DNA of 60,470 nt, the filler included, from Dimargaris cristalligena (taxonomy: Eukaryota), in the NCBI GenBank assembly GCA_003614675.1. It is 4 parts of 4 records of this genome, joined end to end, with 100 filler letters (N's around TTAATTAATTAA, not from the genome) between each part and the next. Parts side by side here need not be neighbours in the genome. Positions count along the whole stretch, not along the records: positions 1 to 15,066 come from ML002914.1; positions 15,167 to 30,210 come from ML002915.1; 2 more parts are not named here. One strand, given 5' to 3'. The translations under genes were made by a program, and so were the position numbers. Below, one piece after another: positions 11,658 through 23,894 of this stretch; position 1 is the first letter of the stretch; each line of letters starts with the position of its first letter. The notes beneath the pieces were generated by a model. That model saw only the letters and a program-made list of their open reading frames with translations. It ran no database searches and was not told where the DNA came from.

Positions 11658-13317
11658 TCGTCTTGCTCTCCCTGCACTCTCTCCCCCTCCCCTTACACCG
11701 GGCCCCTCCTCTCTTGTTGACAGCTACCTTATCTATCTATACCCAGCATGTCGCCCCTACTTGCCTAAGTTCGGTGCTGCTCGGGTATCTACCGACGATC
11801 GAGCCCTCCCCTGTACGCCTCTCCTCCTATTCTCGTTGTTTCCCGTTTATTGTACCATTCTCTGTTCGCCATACTTCCCTGATTTATTCCTACTTTATCC
11901 ATCTGTTTGGTTTGCTATGCCCTTCCTTGTGGGCCAAGAAGTACGATACCTACCTAATTTCAGTAAATGTGTCTGTATCGCCTCGAGTTACACCTTTGCC
12001 GTACATTGAATGATCATGGTGTATCTACGGTTACATTTATTAATTTACTTTTTATTTAGTTTTCAAAAAAGAGTTACCTCGTATTTAGAGGGGGGGGGTT
12101 CTTTTCCGTTGAAGCTACAGTATAGTTGGGCCATCATCGCTGAGGCTCATGTTATTGACCAATACACCCATAAATTAGGAGGAGGAAGAACACACCACCA
12201 ATGCCAAGAGTTTACCCTCTCTTTCTCAGTAGCCCTGCTCCACAATATATAAGCCTTGGCAACACCATCATGGCTGATGCCAAGCGGGTTTTGTGAGCCG
12301 AGCAGAGGAGTGCAGCTGCAGTCTCCAATCCGCGTGACCGAGTCTGGGCCAGAGGCAGGGCTGACCGGCCCTGGCATGTCAGCAAGGCCCCAGAACCCCG
12401 CTTGTTCCATCACACAGTGGGGCTGACCTTTTACCAAGTTGGTGAGCCACCCTCAATAAAATAATAGGCCTTCTCTCGACCACGTAGGCCCGAGCTGTCC
12501 CCTCTTGGCCTGAGCGACGGTGCTAAAGAGGGAGATTGATGGAATGCCGGGTGATTGCCTTCTATTTACCATATAAAAAGCCAAGGGATACTATATAATT
12601 CAAGGGAAATTCTACCTCCTAGAGAAGGCAGGTATGTGAGGTATTTCTTCAGCCATCTCCCTCCACTTAGCCACTATTACTACACAACCCGTTTTGCTTG
12701 GCCTCTTCCACCCACACTCCGTGGCGGCGAAATAATGTCTCACTTGGGGAAATAGTGGTGGTTGCCCACCAAATGATGGATGATGGGACCCCGCGCCCGA
12801 GGGACGTCACTGGCTGTGTGAAAGAGAGAGAGAGAGAATACCACTCAGCCGCTCATATAGCCTCCCTTCCGTTATTTTCCTTTACTCCCTCAGCCTTCCC
12901 TTCTTATACGCAATCTATCTAAACAGCCCTTTCCCTTATCAGCCTGACTCATATATACTTTTATTGACCTTTGGGTTCTCCTCCTCCTCCATCATTCCCT
13001 CAGCCCCAGCGGTGGTCTGTTCGTCAGTCGTTTTCCTTACCGGCTAAAAGTAAAAGGTCAGTTTTGCCCTAGTACCTACCACACCTTCCATGTAACCCTC
13101 TCACTCGCTAGCCTCTTCTTTGTACTCCCTTCGCATTCCCTAGAAGGATCATCTGGTTGTAGTCCCAACTACTCACTCATCCCGATCCTCTTCTAATATA
13201 ACCTGTGCTTTTTCCCCACTACCGCTTGCCTTTCGTCTTTGTCCCCCCCCCCCAACGCGTTCGGCCGGCCTCCCAACCCACAGAGCTACCCCAAGTTCTC
13301 GCCTTATCCCCACCGCA

Positions 13318-15018
13318 ATGCCCTCGGCAACTTTACCGAGTCCCGAGGACAAGGCGACCATCAAGCGGGCGCTGCCGTCCAATCAGAATGTAAGAATACC
13401 CTCTCTATTAGGCTATTTATTATTCAAGGAGTACACCCAACTGGCCGAACCTCCTTGGCTCAACTAAGTAAACCATACCTATGTTCTAGGGTGTAAATCC
13501 ACGACACTAGCCTCGACGACCCCTTGGGTCGCTTTGGCATTGCTCGCCGACTCAGCAGCCGTACGGCATATATCCGCCGTGGAATGGGCACTTGCGCATA
13601 CACCGCCCCCTCAGTAGCTTATTGAGGGGGAGGGAGGATATTCACCTATCCAATCTACGTTATTATTAACCCCCCCTAATCACTGCGGCCCTATTGTCTT
13701 GGCCTTTTGCCACCCCCTCCACTCTTCCGATTTTCTAGAAAATTCTGACGGCGACGGTAGCCCGCCTCTTCGCCGCCCGTCCCAACAGTCCCAACTGGGA
13801 GTACACCCATATTATGGGTGCCATTACATTTGTGCGCGACTACTCTCTCAACAGCACCTACTTTCTGCGGATGGTCGACCTCATGTCCAACCGAGGTGTG
13901 ATCTGGGAGCAGGAGCTGTACGACGGGTTTGACTACACCATGCGACAGCCGTTCTTCTACACATTTACGGGCGACGTAAGTGACTTAACAATACCACTTA
14001 ATGGCAATAGGTCATTCCTATCAGATACACGATACTTCCCTGGACCTTATGCATAGCGGTTTAGCCAATGTCCACACCCATTCAGATACCATATAACTCT
14101 AACCCATTTACTATTTCCCCCCTCCTACAACTAATCCTACTTGCATCCAAACCACCAGGAATACATTTTCGGCCTGGATTTCGTTGATGACGAGGAAGCC
14201 AAGACGTTTTTCAAGAAACTCAAGAACCGGGATAGCTCCAAGGGCGGCAAGGCCCCCTCCGCCCCTGCCCAGGCCCAAGCCCCGGAATCAACCGGGTCCT
14301 ACTTATCGAGCTTCTTCGGATCCCCGCGCACTAGCAGTACTCGCCGTCGAAACAAGATCGATAAGTCCCAGATTAGTGCGCCTTCGGACTTTAAACATGT
14401 CGGCCACGTCGGCTGGGATCCGGATAAGGGCTATGATATGGTCAATGTTGATAATCCCCAGTGGAAGCAACTGGTCGATCAGTTGGCCAAGTATGGCATC
14501 ACTAAAGAGCAGCTCCATGACAAGGAAACCGCCCAAATTGTTATGGGTTTCGTTGAGAAACACGGCGGGGTGGAACATGTGGTGGAGTCGTCCAAAACCG
14601 TCAAAAACAAGCCGGCCCCGGCCCCGCGGACTTCGGTTTCTGGTCCACCAAATGCGGCTCCCCCGCCGCCACCACCAAGTGCTCCACCGATGGCCCCACC
14701 ACCTCCTCCTCCTCCACCGCCGGCAAGTGCACCGGCCTCTGCGCGACCCCCGCCGCCTCCGCCCGCGGCCCGCAGCGAATCCCCGTCGGTCGGAAATCGG
14801 GCCGCGGGTGGTCGACGTGCCCCCCCTCCCCCTCCGTCTCGTGCCAATAAACCGAAACCCCCGCCTCCGGGCTCCAAGCCGCAAATTAACTTCGGTAACC
14901 GTTCGTCTCTCACCTCACCCCCTAAGTCTTTACCCCCGCGGGCCCCATCGACTCAACTACCGCCTCCACCGCCTCCGAACTTCAAGGCACCTTCTCCACC
15001 AGCTTCGGCCCCCCCTTC

Positions 15019-15066
<48 letters not shown>
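13318..15066 (+). CDS. LAS17: WASP/Las17-family actin nucleation-promoting factor (WH1-CRIB-polyproline), 3'-truncated at contig end
   Basis: Exons 13318-13389, 13739-13975, 14159-(15066). WH1 (KILTATVARLF...VIWEQELYDGFDY...PFFYTFTGD), CRIB ISAPSDFKHVGHVGWD, proline-rich region. WH2/acidic tail missing because the contig ends in poly-C. Confidence 0.92.
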
Positions 15067-15166
15067 NNNNNNNNNNNNNNNNNNNNNNNNNNNNNNNNNN
15101 NNNNNNNNNNTTAATTAATTAANNNNNNNNNNNNNNNNNNNNNNNNNNNNNNNNNNNNNNNNNNNN
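15067..15166. other. Artificial contig spacer 1
   Basis: 44 N + TTAATTAATTAA (stops in all six frames) + 44 N. Confidence 0.97.
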
Positions 15167-17291
15167 ACTCGTCAGGGGCATACTTCCGATAAGTGCGAAA
15201 AATAGATAAAAAATAAAAGTAGGTAAAAAATGTGGTAAGTTCACCACAGGGGTCATGTGGAATAGCAGATGAGGGAGGGTAGTTTTTATTACAAAGTGCA
15301 GGGAGGTCCACAGTACCAACCAGGTTGTGGTTAAAATAATTTGGTAGCAGGCACTGGTGCTGGCAATACAGGGAAGTGGGAAATTAATAGATTGAATGAT
15401 GACTGGGTGGCAAATAGGGTTGGCCATGACATTTATTCTTAGGGATGTGGGTGTCAAGTTCAAGGGTGTTATTAATGAGGCAGAAGCTGTCCACATTACT
15501 ACAAACCTTATTTGAGGGTAAAATAAACCCCATATGGGTTTTTACTATGGTGTGGAGTGGGCAGGTCAGAAAAAGGGCCCTAGTTTATGTGATAGCCAAA
15601 GACAAACGGGAACTAGCTATTGAATAAGTATTTCTTCCATCTTGCTGATTCTATATATTTGACCATCGTCCTATGCTCAGGACATCAATTTATCCTGACT
15701 ATTTGTTCTAACTCATAAAAACCAACTGCGGACATCCAGCTATGCCACTCATGGTTCTTCCTCTCTTCTACTGTTCTTTTAAATTACATTAGGAAGACTA
15801 TGCATTTACCCTTTAATTAATTATTACAACTCCTTTAACAATATCCAGTAATAATGGACATCAATGTTACTGATAAAGATAGGTGAAGGAGGGGTAGAAT
15901 TTGGCCCTATTTCAAGTTACCTAGAGAATTGGGACTAATGGGTTTTCCATTTCAATCAGTAATGAGTGGCTTGGTTTCGCTTATTCAGCATGGAAAATCA
16001 ACCAATATTAGATTTTCTAGGCCTAATTTTACCCCAGCTATGAATCGAAAAGACTTCATGATAAGCAGTGGAAATGTGCTGAAAACGATACCAACCAATC
16101 ATCTTAGCCTAATTTATTCCCTATATGGTCGATGGTCTTAAACAAAAAGCGAGTGAGAAACACGCTTGACTCTATTCCCAAACTCTTACTTACCTCAAGG
16201 TGAACGCGGGCTATGTGGTAAATACAAGAGGGAAGAAAATATGTAAGAAAGAAAAGGAAAAGGGCCGGCTAAGCCATTGGTAGATGTAGTGGTCCACCTG
16301 CGAAAAACGCAGCAGGTGCCTGATGGTTGAGGCGTTGTTTGGGGTATGTGCGGATTTATTCACTATCCCCTTCTTCCTTGTCTATACTGCTCGATTTCAT
16401 TAATCCGCTGGAGGTGAGGTGGGGGGGCGTAAAGACCCCCCCTCCTGCCAAACCACCGCCGTCCACTAGCTTTATTTCGACCTGATCGTCGGCCAATTGG
16501 CTCAAATCGAACCGTAGAACGTGGGTAAGCGCCAAGTTCCTGGGAGTTTTTCTCAGCCCGAAATTGGTTTAGCCTATGGCCGTCGATGGTTAAACCGATT
16601 GGTTAAATTGGCCATCTAGGAAAATTATACAAATCGTCGACTCGTTTGGTGTAGATTATGAAACGTGGCCCCCCGTATGTTCCAGAGATTGAGAGAGAAT
16701 AGCTAAGCTATTCTGCAATAACTAAGCGCGTAATATATCCCGTCGACTACCCTATTACAACTAATAGAAGCCGAGACCTCAAGAAGGCGCCTTTCGATGG
16801 CTAGTGGTCAAGCTTGGCCAGATTAAGTGTGGGCCGATTACGTGGTATGCGCCCGCGGGAACGAAGGAAGCCACATGCGGGAGTCGCAGTGTCCGCCAAC
16901 AGGCTAGAGAGCCCCATTCCAACCCGGTTACCCGCTTAGAAGGTTTTAGTCTGCCATTCTAGTGGTTGACGCAACAGTCGAAACGCATGCTCGTTAGCCC
17001 AACGAATTGGATCATTCGTCCGTTTTTGTTATCGCGCTGCTTTGATAGGTCAGGGGATCGGTATATAGATTGCCGCGCTTGGGCTGTCCTAGGTTCTGAC
17101 TAGCTTATTAAGATCCATTGGTCGCATATCGCGAGGCCACTGTCCTGATTGGTAGGGGGGCATCATTGCGAGAACCACTACGTCCTATTGAAGAATGTTT
17201 GTGCCATTTTGATATAGAGTATCGTTAGTGTATCTATCTATCTATAAATCTATACTAGATGGTTTAAACCACCTGTCGATCATTCAGAAAT

Positions 17292-17299
17292 TATAAATA
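17292..17299 (+). promoter_or_regulatory. Candidate TATA box
   Basis: TATAAATA ~250 nt upstream of the RlpA-like ATG, followed by a CT-rich leader. Confidence 0.4.
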
Positions 17300-17549
17300 G
17301 AGGTGGATTTTGCGCACCAAGGAACCGATTTTATTCCTTACCACACCTTATTCTACCCACACTCACTTGCTCACGACGAACTGACCGGATTATTTCTCTC
17401 GAGCAAATCTCTCCTCAACATCTATACCACAAATTCCTCTTCTCATCACCACCCCACACCGCCTCAATCAGAACACCTGTAGCAATCTGGTATTGCTCAA
17501 CAAACGTCTCCCTCAATCTTCTCCATTTCTCCTGCTCGTATCATTCAAC

Positions 17550-18059
17550 ATGGTTGCTTTCACCAAGGCCGCTCTTCTGCTCGCTGCCGCCGCCTCTGCT
17601 GGTTTAGTGACTGTCCAAGCTAGCCCCGCCGCCTATACGCGCGTGGTTTACGAAACGGTGACTAGCTACATTGAAACCACCACCGTCACCCCGGCCGCCC
17701 CCGCGCCCACCGCGGTGGAAAAGGACGCCTCCGTTGTTGATTCCGCGGATACCTATGCCGGGGAAGCTACTTACTACAACCCTTCCGTCGGGACCGGTTC
17801 CTGCGGCTGGCTCAACCAAGACACGGAACTGGTGGCGGCCTTGAACGCCCCCCAATTCGGCAATCCCGCTAACCCCAATAACAGCCCCTTCTGCGGTCAG
17901 CAAATTGTCGTGAAGGGACCCAAGGGTTCGGTGCAGGCCACCATTGTCGATAAATGTCCCGCCTGCAAGTCCGGCGATATTGACCTGAGTCCCGCCGCTT
18001 TCAACCAGATTGCCGACGAGGCCCAGGGTCGCGTGGGTATCACCTGGAGCTTTGTGTAA
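17550..18059 (+). CDS. Secreted RlpA-like double-psi beta-barrel (expansin/loosenin-like) protein, 169 aa
   Basis: Signal peptide MVAFTKAALLLAAAASAGLVTVQA; Thr-rich linker; DPBB motifs GEATYY...GTGSCG...VAALN...CG..I.V...IVDKCPAC..GDIDLSPAAF..IA....GRV.ITW. Confidence 0.92.
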   Translation: MVAFTKAALLLAAAASAGLVTVQASPAAYTRVVYETVTSYIETTTVTPAAPAPTAVEKDASVVDSADTYAGEATYYNPSVGTGSCGWLNQDTELVAALNAPQFGNPANPNNSPFCGQQIVVKGPKGSVQATIVDKCPACKSGDIDLSPAAFNQIADEAQGRVGITWSFV

Positions 18060-18903
18060 TTAAAAATAAAATAAAAACTGTAGCAGTCTCGGCAGTGGTT
18101 GGTAGGTAAATAATACCATTGAAAACTGTCGTGGCCCGTTTTACTTGTACATAGTTGGCCACGTGATGGTGTTCTCTAAGCCCACTGACTCCGAAGGGCT
18201 TTAATGATGTGCCCGAGCCTCATAAACAACCATTTTCTATAAAAATAAATAATGAAATATCTTGAAATATCTAATAATCAAATGGCGTTGTAATCCCGGT
18301 TAACGGCCACGCATGGTGGGGAGAAGAGGGGGATATCTTTGAAGAACAAAATAATAATAGAAAGCGAATGATTTATTAAGTAAAGGAAAGGCGGATTAGT
18401 TGCCGATATCGATAAATACTTAGTTGATTTACAATATGTGGCTGTGTTCATTGACTAGCTGGAACAAAACTAGGCCGAGAAGGGTAGAAAATCAAATATA
18501 AATACAATTTGCTGACTAATACTAATTCGCCGCTTGTCAAGTATGGGGTCTTTTTTAACCCGAATTTCACATGCATAAACATTTTTACCAAAATTTGAAT
18601 TTCCAGTATAATAATGTATTAAAAAGAGTATATTACAAACTGCCGAATTTCCACGATAACTGATAACAAATGACTAGAAGAAAGGAAAAATAAGAGATAA
18701 TCTGAATAAGTCTAATAGTTGACCAGCTGCCCTTCTATGGTCATTAGCGCCGTGGTATTTCAGAGATGGACAAATTCCTATGGACAAGAAACTGAATAAC
18801 TGAGACCCCTTGTTGATGATACCGCGAATAGGAGAAGAAGGTGAGTCGTGTCTCAATTCAAAGGCTGGGTAGAGGGAATGCCTGTTCAAATGCCTCACCT
18901 ACT

Positions 18904-20106
18904 CTAAAGCAAACCATCCACATCCAGCCGATCTTCCGGGGTCAAATGCATAAATTCCCGGGTACACGAAAAGCTGACCCGGTCTACGCTTCGGCGCGGA
19001 TTACAGGTACATTTTTCCGAGTTGATCACCGGATCACTAGGACAATTTTCGTACGAGGCATGGACGTAGCCGATGTCCTGAAACCAGTGGATTTGGTCAC
19101 GGCGTAGGAACATAGTGGCGGCTAGGGAATGCACGGGAGCATCGCCCCACCGTTCATAATAAAAGCCGCCGGCCCGGTCGAGATGGTTGAAATAGGAGAG
19201 GTACTGCTCGGAGCGGAAAAAGGCCAGACTGGCGATTTCGAAATTAGACCAAAAATGGCAGAGGTTGTAGGTACTGCGGCGGTTGGGGGCCGGATCGGTC
19301 GTCTTGCGGGGGGAGGAAGACAGGGACGAGGGAATATCCGGGTCCACGACCCAGGCCAGAGTATTGTCTATGGGCACCATGGCCCGATTCTGGCGCATAT
19401 AATCCAAAGTCGCGGGCCACAGACTCTCGACGGTTGCCGGGATTTCCTTGAGCGAAATGGTGAAGCCGTATTTGATGTCACGCTCGTGCATGAACACGAA
19501 GGGGTCGTAATCGATGGCACAGGTAAACTGCACGCCCGGTTCGACGCGCCAGTAGTAGTCGAATTCGGCCAGAAGGGGGTGGCGGAAGAAGAAGCCGGAC
19601 TCGAAGCGACACATGTGGCGGTACGACTCGCTCCCGCCGTACATGACGTTGGCCATGCGACGGCGCGCATCGGCGGCTTGGGTCTGATTAATCCAAGACG
19701 GATAGCCCCAATGTTCCTGGGGGATTACCCCGAATGTCGTATTGGCACCGCCCGTCAAGCCCCGCACGGACCGCTCCAATTCCGGGGCAAAGGGTTCATC
19801 GTTGAGGATAACGTACGGATAATGGTGGCGATGGTTGAATTGCTGCTCGAGTTGGCGGATACTGGTCTCTAGGCCAGCAAGTTCGCTGTTGCGGGTGAGG
19901 ATAACAAAGCAAGCCTTGACCCGCGGCTTCGAAGCGTGGCCGGGGGAGGTCGACCAGCCTAATGAGCCGCTGGGGTCGGTTGTGGTGAGAAGTGAGTCAT
20001 AATCGAGGTCACCTACCATCCAGGGCCGCATAAACAAAAGATGCAGGAATAGCACGATGAACCCGCCCAGAAGTAGGGTTTTAAATAAGCGAGACAGAGG
20101 CTGCAT
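18904..20106 (-). CDS. GT15 alpha-1,2-mannosyltransferase (KRE2/MNT1/KTR family), 400 aa
   Basis: N-terminal TM anchor; YGGSESYRHMCRFESGFFFRHPLL, YYWRVEPG, YNLCHFWSNFEIA, GGFYYERWGDAPVHS. Confidence 0.96.
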   Translation of the reverse strand: MQPLSRLFKTLLLGGFIVLFLHLLFMRPWMVGDLDYDSLLTTTDPSGSLGWSTSPGHASKPRVKACFVILTRNSELAGLETSIRQLEQQFNHRHHYPYVILNDEPFAPELERSVRGLTGGANTTFGVIPQEHWGYPSWINQTQAADARRRMANVMYGGSESYRHMCRFESGFFFRHPLLAEFDYYWRVEPGVQFTCAIDYDPFVFMHERDIKYGFTISLKEIPATVESLWPATLDYMRQNRAMVPIDNTLAWVVDPDIPSSLSSSPRKTTDPAPNRRSTYNLCHFWSNFEIASLAFFRSEQYLSYFNHLDRAGGFYYERWGDAPVHSLAATMFLRRDQIHWFQDIGYVHASYENCPSDPVINSEKCTCNPRRSVDRVSFSCTREFMHLTPEDRLDVDGLL

Positions 20107-20140
20107 GGTTCCTCAATGGTCGGATAAAGGCCGAGTTATA

Positions 20141-20188
<48 letters not shown>
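20141..20188 (+). repeat. (AAT)16 microsatellite
   Basis: 16 tandem AAT units, 35-82 nt upstream of the GT15 start codon. Confidence 0.95.
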
Positions 20189-20189
<1 letters not shown>

Positions 20190-23100
20190 GACAAGTAGGA
20201 AAGACGGCTGGCATTAAAGTAGCTGCTATAGTCGGACCTGGATAAAGCAGAGGCCAAAGACCGCCGGGCTTTGTGAATTAAAAGCAAAGAAGAGGGAGAG
20301 GGGCCACCGGTTCAAGGGTAACATCACCAGAATAATTCGGTATTTTTTTGTTGGCACAGGAGTGCAATAAAAATTGCGGTGCTAGGAGCAGCTAAGGGAC
20401 AATAAAAAATATCCAGACTGGTGGGTCGGCGAAGTCGTACTAGCTTGGCTCTAAGAAGGCAACACTGTGGCCCAAAAGGGAGCGCGGGTTACACGTTGTT
20501 TGCCTAATAAGGCTCCTGGAAAGCGACACGGAGTTGAGAGGTTCTTTGTGGTTTCTGGGACATGAGTGGGCGTCGCGGCTGGAGAGAAGCAGTGGGGGAG
20601 TCCTATCTAAATAAAGAGGAGCCGGCTAATTGAAAAAGGCAAGGCCCGAAAGTCCTTCTTGGCAAGGAAACCTACAAACCCACAGGGATGAAGAAAGAGC
20701 TGGCACCAAAAAACAAAAAGAGAGTAGTATAATAATATAGAAGTTAGCCTTCTAATGGAGAATGAGCGCCAATCTAACGGTTGAAATGCGGGAGCTTCTT
20801 GGCATGGAAAAGGAGAATCTGGTAGAATAATAAACTATAATAAAACTGATAAAGTTTGGTGGTTTTAAAAACTATATATATATATATATATGTAAAGGAA
20901 GAGGTGGTTTATTTCTCTCCCAATACCTATCTCTCTGCCCAGTGCAATATAGACGCCACAGTTCAGTATTATAAGCATAGCCACTTTAGCTATATGGGCG
21001 GGATAACAACACAGAGCCCACTGGCGCTGCTCAGTTTATCAGTATTTGGGTATCCAATGGGCCACTTTCCTTCATTCCAATGAGAGCGTGAGCAATGTAT
21101 TTCACAGCCGGGGCGGTGGTTTCAGCCCACCGCTACTAAGCAGGGAAGAAACCCCGAGGAAAGTAAAGTACACCCTTTCAATCCGCAAGCAAGTGTGATT
21201 GGGTGTGAACATAGCTGTGCTGCTGCTTAATACTGCACTAGAAAGGAGAACGAGAGGGAGAGGTTACGTAAACCAACTGGGGGGTTGTTATGGTCTAATG
21301 GAATATATATGGGCGGTTTGTTTACCATACCATCGGGGCCTATATTCATTACATCGGCCGAAACATCTGGGCAGAAGGGTGCTATTATTCCCAAAATATC
21401 AGTTAGGTACACCTACTTTCTTACCAATAAAAGAGCCGATATCTACTCATGAACCTGAAGTATACTTCGTAAGGTACTCTTGTCTCTATCGAATACAGTT
21501 CGGCGGCTCTCCCTGTGTATGCCGACTACTCTGCAATGAAAAAGGGACAACCACTATCGTATTTATAGGCTTCCAAGTATGATAATAGTCTCAGCCGCTA
21601 CTATACCGAAGCACTAGCCATTCTTCAAACAAGAGCTTGGTATACTTCATCTCTCCACAGTATTTCCCAGCCCGCTATTGATATATCCCATTGCGTGGTG
21701 GTGTATCTTGCCGGCCTGGTTGGAATATCCCCGGTGGCTAAAGCATGAGCAAGAGTTACGCCAAATGTAGATGGATTGGCAATTAATGGAATGCCGAAAC
21801 CACGGAGTTGGATATTACCACTTCCATCCAACGGTTGATATTGGAGCCTCTTGGCTCTTTTATTTGGTTCTGGTGAAACTCGACGACCCCTATAGGGTAC
21901 CACCGGCCCAAACGGGAGATGCATCCCCATCTGGTGGAAGGAACCTCCGATGCAAAAAGCATAGAGAGGCTGAGTAGGTAGGCAGGGCACTGAGGGAAAC
22001 ATAGGGACCGAACCTGTGCATAGCAAAACAAGCTCGCAGGGAGCATTTGGCAGCCCCGATTCACTCCACTCCCTTTAACCAAACATATCGCCACGACTCA
22101 ACAAAACTCTGCGATAGTTAAGACGAAAACATAAAATACTGAATGGTAAACAAATGTGATCCTAGCGGGGGGGCTGTGGTACAGGGTTAACCAGCGAAGC
22201 CCGCAACTCGTCTAATCATATTTACGCAGTGCGGCTGGACCAAAAATATAAACTTGATTTCGTAGCCTGTATTGGATGGACTACTCCACTCGATTCTAGT
22301 GTCCTAAAAATACCCCTCCCATTCGAGTAAGGCCAGATTTAAACCTTATTCACCCGGGATGCTCCTCCTATGGGGCACATCCTCTCGCTTAGACCACCAC
22401 CACTTTGCAGACGGCAGCTGCTGGGATAGGATTACGGCTATAGCACCTGTCCTACGAATAGTGAATATCCCCCCACCCGCCCCCCTTGTTGGTCTTTGGC
22501 CGCTTATTAGTGTTGTTGGTTCTGGTTTTTCTCCTATGCACGAATTCTATGCGACCCTTTTTGGGAGGGGTTTTTTTATATAAAAAGCGCACCAATCGGC
22601 CAAGAAGCAGCGGCACAGTTCTACCATCGGGTAGGACGGGTGTTCCATTAACCATGTGCCTGAGGCCTCGGGTGAGAGCTGGCCTTTCCGAATGCAGGCT
22701 ATTAACCGCATGTTAAGCCAGCTTTACCATGCGACGTGCCACTCGAGGGATGTCGTTGTGTAATCCTAAATATAAGAAACTGCCTCTAGTCATACAGCCA
22801 GTCGATTCCATTCGCTCACTCCCCCTTCTCCCCTTTTCTTACGGTGCGACTCCACATACCCTAACACAGCAACTGAATAATAAAGCCTACCACTACTTCA
22901 GCCATAGTGGAGAGGGGGAGGGAGGTGCCGTCGTCGTTGGGCGCAATATCCATTTTCACATATCGTAGTCAGTGTAATATTTCAGGGCTGTATAAAATAC
23001 CGTCCGGTCGCTGAGCTCGAACTATCTATCAATCACTTCTACCATCATTTCTCGCCAAAGCCCCTGTTTTTTTATCCCCGCGACTCAACTTGTTACACTT

Positions 23101-23222
23101 CGGATTATCCTCTCTTGCGTCTAGTTAGGTAGAGTGATCCACCACCACCACCACCACACGTTTCCTCTAGCCAACTTTTTACTTGTGGTTATTGCACTTG
23201 GTTAATTTTATTCTTTTCAAAA

Positions 23223-23894
23223 ATGCGTGGACAATTGTTCAATATCACTTTGGTTTGCACCCTTATGCTGCTCCCGAGCCTTGTATCGGGCTGTCGTATT
23301 CAATTCGAGCATCCAGACCCAAATGGGCATCAGCACACTGCGGCCTGCCGTCACCGCGCCCAAGGAGGCGGCCATAATCGGCATAGACACCGTAGGCCCA
23401 GCCCCGAGGAACTGGAGGCAAGTCAAATGATGCACATGTGGGACCCCAACAAGCCCTTCCCGGAGATTCCGTATCCCTACATTTATGACCCTTTGCCCCT
23501 GATGCTCGCCCACCAGCCGGCAGCGGAGCAAGGGCCGCCGTCCATGCTCAACCGCCATCCTATCATGACGACTACCCCCCATGGGAACAGTCCCTCCTCC
23601 AGTATCCCCCCTCCCCCGTTTCCCCCGGCTTCCTCCCTCTCCTCACCTTCCTCCTCAGCTACTTCCTTGAGCATGCCGAATACTCCGACATCTTTGCAGT
23701 ATCAGCCTCAAGTGGAGCTGCAAGATGTGGAACTCCAGGCCATCCCGAATACCTCCCCCATCAATGGACCGGGACAGGCGGAATCGTCCTCCGCTGGCCG
23801 CGCTAAGTTGGGTCTTCTACGCCATATCGCTATTCCCATCGACCATTCCAGTGACTCCAGCGAGTACCATGCATTGATCAACTTACAAGCATAG
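23223..23894 (+). CDS. Hypothetical secreted His/Pro/Ser-rich protein, 223 aa
   Basis: AAAATG start, hydrophobic signal-like N-terminus, TATAAAA at 22991, GC3-rich single exon; no recognised domain. Confidence 0.7.
   Translation: MRGQLFNITLVCTLMLLPSLVSGCRIQFEHPDPNGHQHTAACRHRAQGGGHNRHRHRRPSPEELEASQMMHMWDPNKPFPEIPYPYIYDPLPLMLAHQPAAEQGPPSMLNRHPIMTTTPHGNSPSSSIPPPPFPPASSLSSPSSSATSLSMPNTPTSLQYQPQVELQDVELQAIPNTSPINGPGQAESSSAGRAKLGLLRHIAIPIDHSSDSSEYHALINLQA

Noticed and set aside
15019-15066. Long poly-C tract (G-quadruplex or polyproline expansion)
   Set aside because: It lies at the contig end within proline codons; its length is probably a sequencing or assembly artefact.
15111-15122. Thrice-repeated TTAATTAATTAA palindrome at ~15 kb periodicity
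   Set aside because: Synthetic linker embedded in N runs, not biological.
21199-22094. Overlapping 100-130 aa ORFs between GT15 and the His-rich gene
   Set aside because: Mostly non-ATG starts, no codon bias, no recognisable motif.
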